Source: Auanema rhodensis (lineage: Eukaryota > Animalia > Nematoda). Taken from it: a DNA stretch of 64,000 bases. Position numbers and translations under genes: made by a program. The stretch is from positions 1,426,001-1,490,000 of the forward strand of contig OZ059894.1 in NCBI GenBank assembly GCA_964057225.1. Direction: 5' to 3'. Below the pieces are notes generated by a model that saw only the letters and a program-made list of their open reading frames with translations, was not told the origin of the DNA and ran no database searches. This document shows, in pieces, positions 54,501 to 64,000 of the stretch (the first letter of the stretch is position 1; every line of letters starts with the position of its first letter).

Positions 54501-57500
54501 TTTAGCAGAAAGTATATGTTTTTAGATTCCTTATTTCAAGGCAAAGACGATGGACAATGTTATTCAACGAAAAAATTAATTCTTCAGGGTGAAAATCGAG
54601 GATATAAGTGTGAACTTATATCAGTTGATATCTCGGTGCATTTTTAAGCTAGCGCAAATCTGATAACACAGATCGACGCAGCTTGAAAATCCGCATCGAA
54701 TGCACTATACTACTTTGAGAAACGCTTAATACAAAAATTAGTTATGATCGTTTGAAAAATGATGCATTAGTGTATGTTGAGTTTCCATGTACACTCAACA
54801 TTGCTTCCAAAAACATTTTGACAAAAATTTTTTCGAAAAATTTCAAATTAATTTAGCAGAAAGTATATGTTTTTAGATTCCTTTTTTCAAGGCAAAGACG
54901 ATGGACAATGTTATTCAACGAAAAAATTAATTCTTCAGGGTGAAAATCGAGGATATAAGTGTGAACTTATATCAGTTGATATCTCGGTGCATTTTTAAGC
55001 TAGCGCAAATCTGATAACACAGATCGACGCAGCTTGAAAATCCGCATCGAATGCACTATACTACATTGAGGAACGCTTAATACAAAAATTAGTTATGATC
55101 GTTTGAAAAATGATGCATTAGTGTATGTTGAGTTTCCATGTACACTCAACATAGCTTCCAAAAACATTTTGACAAAAATTTTTTCGAAAAATTTCAAAAT
55201 AATTTAGCAGAAAGTAGATGTTTTTAGATTCCTTTTTTTAAGGCAAAGACGATGGACAATGTTATTCAACGAAAAAATTAATTCTTCAGGGTGAAAATCG
55301 AGGATATAAGTGTGAACATATATCAGTTGATATCTCGGTGCATTTTTAAGCTAGCGCAAATCTGATAACACAGATCGACGCAGCTTGAAAATCCGCATCG
55401 AATGCACTATACTACTTTGAGGAACGCTTAATACAAAAATTAGTTATGATCGTTTGAAAAATGATGCATTAGTGTATGTTGAGTTTCCATGTACACTCAA
55501 CATTGCTTCCAAAAACATTTTGACAAAAATTTTTTCGAAAAATTTCAAGATAATTTAGCAAAAAGTAGATGTTTTTAGATTCCTTTTTTCAAGGCGAAGA
55601 CGATGGACAATGTTATTCAACGAAAAAATTAATTCTTCAGGGTGAAAATCGAGGATATAAGTGTGAACTTATATCAGTTGATATCTCGGTGCATTTTTAA
55701 GCTAGCGCAAATCTGATAACACAGATCGACGCAGCTTGAAAATCCGCATCGAATGCACTATACTACTTTGAGAAACGCTTAATACAAAAATCAGTTATGA
55801 TCGTTTGAAAAATGATGCATTAGTGTATGTTGAGTTTCCATGTACACTCAACATTGCTTCCAAAAACATTTTGACAAAAATTTTTTCGAAAAATTTCAAG
55901 ATAATTTAGCAAAAAGTAGATGTTTTTAGATTCCTTTTTTCAAGGCGAAGACGATGGACAATGTTATTCAACGAAAAAATTAATTCTTCAGGGTGAAAAT
56001 CGAGGATATAAGTGTGAACTTATATCAGTTGATATCTCGGTGCATTTTTAAGCTAGCGCAAATCTGATAACACAGATCGACGCAGCTTGAAAATCCGCAT
56101 CGAATGCACTATACTACTTTGAGAAACGCTTAATACAAAAATTAGTTATGATCGTTTGAAAAATGATGCATTAGTGTATGTTGAGTTTCCATGTACACTC
56201 AACATAGCTTCCAAAAACATTTTGACAAAATTTTTTTCGAAAAATTTCAAAATAATTTAGCAGAAAGTAGTTGTTTTTAGATTCCTTTTTTTAAGGCAAA
56301 GACGACGGACAATGTTATTCAACGAAAAAATTAATTCTTCAGGGTGAAAATCGAGGATATAAGTGTGAACTTATATCAGTTGATATCTCGGTGCATTTTT
56401 AAGCTAGCGCAAATCTGATAACACAGATCGACGCAGCTTGAAAATCCGCATCGAATGCACTATACTACTTTGAGAAACGCTTAATACAAAAATTAGTTAT
56501 GATCGTTTGAAAAATGATGCATTAGTGTATGTTGAGTTTCCATGTACACTCAACATAGCTTCCAAAAACATTTTGACAAAAATTTTTTCGAAAAATTTCA
56601 AAATAATTTAGCAGAAAGTAGATGTTTTTAGATTCCTTTTTTTAAGGCAAAGACGATAGACAATGTTATTCAACGAAAAAATTAATTCTTCAGGGTGAAA
56701 ATCGAGGATATAAGTGTGAACTTATATCACTTGATATCTCGGTGCATTTTTAAGCTAGCGCAAATCTGATAACACAGATCGACGCAGCTTGAAAATCCGC
56801 ATCGAATGCATTATACTACTTTGAGAAACGCTTAATACAAAAATTAGTTATGATCGTTTGAAAAATGATGCATTAGTGTATGTTGAGTTTCCATGTACAC
56901 TCAACATAGCTTCCAAAAACATTTTGACAAAATTTTTTTCGAAAAATTTCAAAATAATTTAGCAGAAAGTAGATGTTTTTAGATTCCTTTTTTTAAGGCA
57001 AAGACGACGGACAATGTTATTCAACGAAAAAATTAATTCTTCAGGGTGAAAATCGAGGATATAAGTGTGAACTTATATCAGTTGATATCTCGGTGCATTT
57101 TTAAGCTAGCGCAAATCTGATAACACAGATCGACGCAGCTTGAAAATCCGCATCGAATGCACTATACTACTTTGAGAAACGCTTAATACAAAAATTAGTT
57201 ATGATCGTTTGAAAAATGATGCATTAGTGTATGTTGAGTTTCCATGTACACTCAACATAGCTTCCAAAAACATTTTGACAAAAATTTTTTGGAAAAATTT
57301 CTAAATAATTTAGCAAAAAGTAGATGTTTTTAGATTCCTTTTTTTAAGGCAAAGACGATAGACGATGTTATTCAACGAAAAAATTAATTCTTCAGGGTGA
57401 AAATCGAGGATATAAGTGTGAACTTATATCAGTTGATATCTCGGTGCATTTTTAAGCTAGCGCAAATCTGATAACACAGATCGACGCAGCTTGAAAATCC

Positions 57501-60372
57501 GCATCGAATGCACTATACTACTTTGAGAAACGCTTAATACAAAAATTAGTTATGATCGTTTGAAAAATGATGCATTAGTGTATGTTGAGTTTCCATGTAC
57601 ACTCAACATAGCTTCCAAAAACATTTTGACAAAAATTTTTTCGAAAAATTTCAAAATAATTTAGCAGAAAGTAGATGTTTTTAGATTCCTTTTTTTAAGG
57701 CAAAGACGATAGACAATGTTATTCAACGAAAAAATTAATTCTTCAGGGTGAAAATCGAGGATATAAGTGTGAACTTATATCACTTGATATCTCGGTGCAT
57801 TTTTAAGCTAGCGCAAATCTGATAACACAGATCGACGCAGCTTGAAAATCCGCATCGAATGCACTATACTACTTTGAGAAACGCTTAATACAAAAATTAG
57901 TTATGATCGTTTGAAAAATGATGCATTAGTGTATGTTGAGTTTCCATGTACACTCAACATAGCTTCCAAAAACATTTTGACAAAATTTTTTTCGAAAAAT
58001 TTCAAAATAATTTAGCAGAAAGTAGATGTTTTTAGATTCCTTTTTTTAAGGCAATGACGACGGACAATGTTATTCAACGAAAAAATTAATTCTTCAGGGT
58101 GAAAATCGAGGATATAAGTGTGAACTTATATCAGTTGATATCTCGGTGCATTTTTAAGCTAGCGCAAATCTGATAACACAGATCGACGCAGCTTGAAAAT
58201 CCGCATCGAATGCACTATACTACTTTGAGAAACGGTTAATACAAAAATTAGTTATGATCGTTTGAAAAATGATGCATTAGTGTATGTTGAGTTTCCATGT
58301 ACACTCAACATAGCTTCCAAAAACATTTTGACAAAAATTTTTTCGGAAAATTTCTAAATAATTTAGCAAAAAGTAGATGTTTTTAGATTCCTTTTTTTAA
58401 GGCAAAGACGATAGACAATGTTATTCAACGAAAAAATTAATTCTTCAGGGTGAAAATCGAGGATATAAGTGTGAACTTATATCAGTTGATATCTCGGTGC
58501 ATTTTTAAGCTAGCGCAAATCTGATAACACAGATCGACGCAGCTTGAAAATCCGCATCGAATGCATTATACTACTTTGAGAAACGCTTAATACAAAAATT
58601 AGTTATGATCGTTTGAAAAATGATGCATTAGTGTATGTTGAGTTTCCATGTACACTCAACATAGCTTCCAAAAACATTTTGACAAAAATTTTTTCGAAAA
58701 ATTTCAAAATAATTTAGCAGAAAGTAGATGTTTTTAGATTCTTTTTTTTGAGGCAAAGACGATGGACAATGTTATTCAACGAAAAAATTAATTCTTCAGG
58801 GTGAAAATCGAGGATATAAGTGTGAACTTATATCAGTTGATATCTCGGTGCATTTTTAAGCTAGCGCAAATCTGATAACACAGATCGACGCAGCTTGAAA
58901 ATCCGCATCGAATGCACTATACTACTTTGAGAAACGCTTAATACAAAAATTAGTTATGATCGTTTGAAAAATGATGCATTAGTGTATGTTGAGTTTCCAT
59001 GTACACTCAACATAGCTTCCAAAAACATTTTGACAAAAATTTTTTCGAAAAATTTCAAAATAATTTAGCAAAAAGTAGATGTTTTTAGATTTCTTTTTTC
59101 AAGGCAAAGACGATGGACAATGTTATTCAACGAAAAAATTAATTCTTCAGGGTGAAAATCGAGGATATAAGTGTGAACTTATATCAGTTGATATCTCGGT
59201 GCATTTTTAAGCTAGCGCAAATCTGATAACACAGATCGACGCAGCTTGAAAATCCGCATCGAATGCACTATACTACTTTGAGAAACGCTTAATACAAAAA
59301 TTAGTTATGATCGTTTGAAAAATGATGCATTAGTGTATGTTGAGTTTCCATGTACACTCAACATTGCTTCCAAAAACATTTTGACAAAAATTTTTTCGAA
59401 AAATTTCAAATTAATTTAGCAGAAAGTATATGTTTTTAGATTCCTTTTCTCAAGGCAAAGACGATGGACAATGTTATTCAACGAAAAAATTAATTCTTCA
59501 GGGTGAAAATCGAGGATATATGTGTGAATTTATATCAGTTGATATCTCGGTGCATTTTTAAGCTAGCGCAAATCTGATAACACAGATCGACGCAGCTTGA
59601 AAATCCGCATTGAATGCACTATACTACATTGAGGAACGCTTAATACAAAAATTAGTTATGATCGTTTGAAAAATGATGCATTAGTGTATGTTGAGTTTCC
59701 ATGTACACTCAACATAGCTTCCAAAAACATTTTGACAAAAATTTTTTCGAAAAATTTCAAAATAATTTAGCAGAAAGTAGATGTTTTTAGATTCCTTTTT
59801 TTAAGGCAAAGACGATGGACAATGTTATTCAACGAAAAAATTAATTCTTCAGGGTGAAAATCGAGGATATAAGTGTGAACTTATATCAGTTGATATCTCG
59901 GTGCATTTTTAAGCTAGCGCAAATCTGATAACACAGATCGACGCAGCTTGAAAATCCGCATCGAATGCACTATACTACATTGAGGAACGCTTAATACAAA
60001 AATTAGTTATGATCGTTTGAAAAATGATGCATTAGTGTATGTTTAGTTTCCATGTACACTCAACATAGCTTCCAAAAACATTTTGACAAAATTTTTTTCG
60101 AAAAATTTCAAAATAATTTAGCAGAAAGTAGATGTTTTTAGATTCCTTTTTTTAAGGCAAAGACGACGGACAATGTTATTCAACGAAAAAATTAATTCTT
60201 CAGGGTGAAAATCGAGGATATAAGTGTAAACTTATATCAGTTGATATCTCGGTGCATTTTTAAGCTAGCGCAAATCTGATAACACAGATCGACGCAGCTT
60301 GAAAATCCGCATCGAATGCACTATACTACATTGAGGAACGCTTAATACAAAAATTAGTTATGATCGTTTGAA

Positions 60373-63300
60373 AAATGATGCATTAGTGTATGTTGAGTTT
60401 CCATGTACACTCAACATAGCTTCCAAAAACATTTTGACAAAAATTTTTTCGAAAAATTTCAAAATAATTTAGCAGAAAGTAGATGTTTTTAGATTCCTTT
60501 TTTTAAGGCAAAGACGATGGACAATGTTATTCAACGAAAAAATTAATTCTTCAGGGTGAAAATCGAGGATATAAGTGTGAACTTATATCAGTTGATATCT
60601 CGGTGCATTTTTAAGCTAGCGCAAATCTGATAACACAGATCGACGCAGCTTGAAAATCCGCATCGAATGCACTATACTACATTGAGGAACGCTTAATACA
60701 AAAATTAGTTATGATCGTTTGAAAAATGATGCATTAGTGTATGTTGAGTTTCCATGTACACTCAACATAGCTTCCAAAAACATTTTGACAAAAATTTTTT
60801 CGAAAAATTTCCAGATAATTTAGCAGAAAGTAGATGTTTTTAGATTCCTTTTTTCAAGGCAAAGACGATGGACAATGTTATTCAACGAAAAAATTAATTC
60901 TTCAGGGTGAAAATCGAGGATATAAGTGTGAATTTATATCAGTTGATATCTCGGTGCATTTTTAAGCTAGCGCAAATCTGATAACACAGATCGACGCAGC
61001 TTGAAAATCCGCATTGAATGCACTATACTTCATTGAAGAACGCTTAATACAAAAATTAGTTATGATCGTTTGAAAAATGATGCATTAGTGTATGTTGAGT
61101 TTCCATGTACACTCAACATAGCTTCCAAAAACATTTTGACAAAAATTTTTTCGAAAAATTTCAAAATAATTTAGCAGAAAGTAGATGTTTTTAGATTCCT
61201 TTTTTTAAGGCAAAGACGATGGACAATGTTATTCAACGAAAAAATTAATTCTTCAGGGTGAAAATCGAGGATATAAGTGTGAACTTATATCAGTTGATAT
61301 CTCGGTGCATTTTTAAGCTAGCGCAAATCTGATAACACAGATCGACGCAGCTTGAAAATCCGCATCGAATGCACTATACTACATTGAGGAACGCTTAATA
61401 CAAAAATTAGTTATGATCGTTTGAAAAATGATGCATTAGTGTATGTTGAGTTTCCATGTACACTCAACATAGCTTCCAAAAACATTTTGACAAAAATTTT
61501 TTCGAAAAATTTCCAGATAATTTAGCAGAAAGTAGATGTTTTTAGATTCCTTTTTTCAAGGCAAAGACGATGGACAATGTTATTCAACGAAAAAATTAGT
61601 TCTTCAGGGTGAAAATCGAGGATATAAGTGTGAATTTATATCAGTTGATATCTCGGTGCATTTTTAAGCTAGCGCAAATCTGATAACACAGATCGACGCA
61701 GCTTGAAAATCCGCATTGAATGCACTATACTTCATTGAAGAACGCTTAATACAAAAATTAGTTATGATCGTTTGAAAAATGATGCATTAGTGTATGTTGA
61801 GTTTCCATGTACACTCAACATAGCTTCCAAAAACATTTTGACAAAAATTTTTTCGAAAAATTTCAAAATAATTTAGCAGAAAGTAGATGTTTTTAGATTC
61901 CTTTTTTTAAGGCAAAGACGATGGACAATGTTATTCAACGAAAAAATTAATTCTTCAGGGTGAAAATCGAGGATATAAGTGTGAACTTATATCAGTTGAT
62001 ATCTCGGTGCATTTTTAAGCTAGCGCAAATCTGATAACACAGATCGACGCAGCTTGAAAATCCGCATCGAATGCACTATACTACATTGAGGAACGCTTAA
62101 TACAAAAATTAGTTATGATCGTTTGAAAAATGATGCATTAGTGTATGTTGAGTTTCCATGTACACTCAACATAGCTTCCAAAAACATTTTGACAAAAATT
62201 TTTTCGAAAAATTTCCAGATAATTTAGCAGAAAGTAGATGTTTTTAGATTCCTTTTTTCAAGGCAAAGACGATGGACAATGTTATTCAACGAAAAAATTA
62301 ATTCTTCAGGGTGAAAATCGAGGATATAAGTGTGAATTTATATCAGTTGATATCTCGGTGCATTTTTAAGCTAGCGCAAATCTGATAACACAGATCGACG
62401 CAGCTTGAAAATCCGCATTGAATGCACTATACTTCATTGAAGAACGCTTAATACAAAAATTAGTTATGATCGTTTGAAAAATGATGCATTAGTGTATGTT
62501 GAGTTTCCATGTACACTCAACATAGCTTCCAAAAACATTTTGACAAAAATTTTTTCGAAAAATTTCAAAATAATTTAGCAGAAAGTAGATGTTTTTAGAT
62601 TCCTTTTTTTAAGGCAAAGACGATGGACAATGTTATTCAACGAAAAAATTAATTCTTCAGGGTGAAAATCGAGGATATAAGTGTGAACTTATATCAGTTG
62701 ATATCTCGGTGCATTTTTAAGCTAGCGCAAATCTGATAACACAGATCGACGCAGCTTGAAAATCCGCATCGAATGCACTATACTACATTGAGGAACGCTT
62801 AATACAAAAATTAGTTATGATCGTTTGAAAAATGATGCATTAGTGTATGTTCAGTTTCCATGTACACTCAACATAGCTTCCAAAAACAGTTTGACAAAAA
62901 TTTTTTCGAAAAATTTCAAAATAATTTAGCAGAAAGTAGATGTTTTTAGATTCCTTTTTTTAAGGCAAAGACGATGGACAATGTTATTCAACGAAAAAAT
63001 TAATTCTTCAGGGTGAAAATCGAGGATATAAGTGTGAACTTATATCAGTTGATATCTCGGTGCATTTTTAAGCTAGCGCAAATTTGATAACACAGATCGA
63101 CGCAGCTTGAAAATCCGCATCGAATGCACTATACTACATTGAGGAACGCTTAATACAAAAATTAGTTATGATCGTTTGAAAAATGATGCATTAGTGTATG
63201 TTGAGTTTCCATGTACACTCAACATAGCTTCCAAAAACATTTTGACAAAAATTTTTTCGAAAAATTTCAAAATAATTTAGCAGAAAGTAGATGTTTTTAG

Positions 63301-63882
63301 ATTCCTTTTTTTAAGGCAAAGACGATGGACAATGTTATTCAACGAAAAAATTAATTCTTCAGGGTGAAAATCGAGGATATAAGTGTGAACTTATATCAGT
63401 TGATATCTCGGTGCATTTTTAAGCTAGCGCAAATCTGATAACACAGATCGACGCAGCTTGAAAATCCGCATCGAATGCACTATACTACATTGAGGAACGC
63501 TTAATACAAAAATTAGTTATGATCGTTTGAAAAATGATGCATTAGTGTATGTTCAGTTTCCATGTACACTCAACATAGCTTCCAAAAACATTTTGACAAA
63601 AATTTTTTCGAAAAATTTCAAAATAATTTAGCAGAAAGTAGATGTTTTTAGATTCCTTTTTTTAAGGCAAAGACGATGGACAATGTTATTCAACGAAAAA
63701 ATTAATTCTTCAGGGTGAAAATCGAGGATATAAGTGTGAACTTATATCAGTTGATATCTCGGTGCATTTTTAAGCTAGCGCAAATTTGATAACACAGATC
63801 GACGCAGCTTGAAAATCCGCATCGAATGCACTATACTACATTGAGGAACGCTTAATACAAAAATTAGTTATGATCGTTTGAA
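60373..63882 (+). repeat. Dimeric (702 bp) higher-order repeats: x3 of one dimer, then x2 of another
   Basis: CCAGAT + TACTTCATTGAAG variants occur in monomers starting at 60724, 61426 and 62128. GTTCAG + AAATTTGATA variants occur in monomers starting at 62830 and 63532. Confidence 0.88.
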
Positions 63883-64000
63883 AAATGATGCATTAGTGTA
63901 TGTTGAGTTTCCATGTACACTCAACATAGCTTCCAAAAACATTTTGACAAAAATTTTTTCGAAAAATTTCAAAATAATTTAGCAGAAAGTAGATGTTTTT

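Larger units (their letters stand above)
1..64000. repeat. Tandem satellite DNA array, 351-bp monomer, ~182 head-to-tail copies, running off both window ends
   Basis: AAATGATGCATTAGTGTATG recurs at 1, 352, 703, ... 7021 (=1+20x351) and 14041 (=1+40x351). Phase shifts by -1 after ~14220 and returns after ~52987 (56161=1+160x351; 63181=1+180x351). No unique sequence lies between units. Confidence 0.99.

Noticed and set aside
1-64000. CRISPR array (palindromic ~30-bp element at 17-46 recurring regularly)
   Set aside because: The intervening ~320 bp are near-identical between units rather than unique spacers, and there are no cas genes.
1-64000. Giant repetitive protein gene (351 is divisible by 3, i.e. 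117 codons)
   Set aside because: All six frames contain stops in every monomer: + strand TGA 4-6, TAG 12-14 and TAG 98-100; - strand stops at TTA 11-13, TCA 39-41 and TTA 97-99.
1-64000. Artefactual concatemer (rolling-circle or assembly repetition of a single unit)
   Set aside because: Monomers carry linked, position-restricted variant haplotypes in hierarchical order, which a single-template artefact would not produce. Individual duplications could still be mis-assembled.

Overview
The whole 64 kb window is one uninterrupted, head-to-tail tandem array of a 351-bp AT-rich monomer: about 182.3 copies, about 31.6% GC by hand count of monomer 1, all in one orientation. This is satellite DNA of a eukaryote, of the kind typical of (peri)centromeric heterochromatin. 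I found no genes, RNA genes, CRISPR spacers, transposon insertions or inversions, and all six reading frames are closed within each monomer. Monomers differ by roughly 0-3% at recurrent diagnostic sites. Reading these variants as letters shows a mosaic of local higher-order repeats (2-, 3-, 5-, 6-, 7- and 19-mers), nested duplications whose order can be reconstructed, hybrid monomers at junctions, and a left-to-right turnover of monomer subfamilies. The monomer is rich in dyad symmetry: two main inverted repeats lie 175/176 bp apart, and there is a ~118-bp symmetric module. It shows no CpG depletion, which suggests an invertebrate-like host. I cannot name the satellite family or the species. 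I see no direct evidence for a new gene-encoded system; the interest lies in array architecture and monomer structure. Monomer typing was done by eye and may contain occasional errors.
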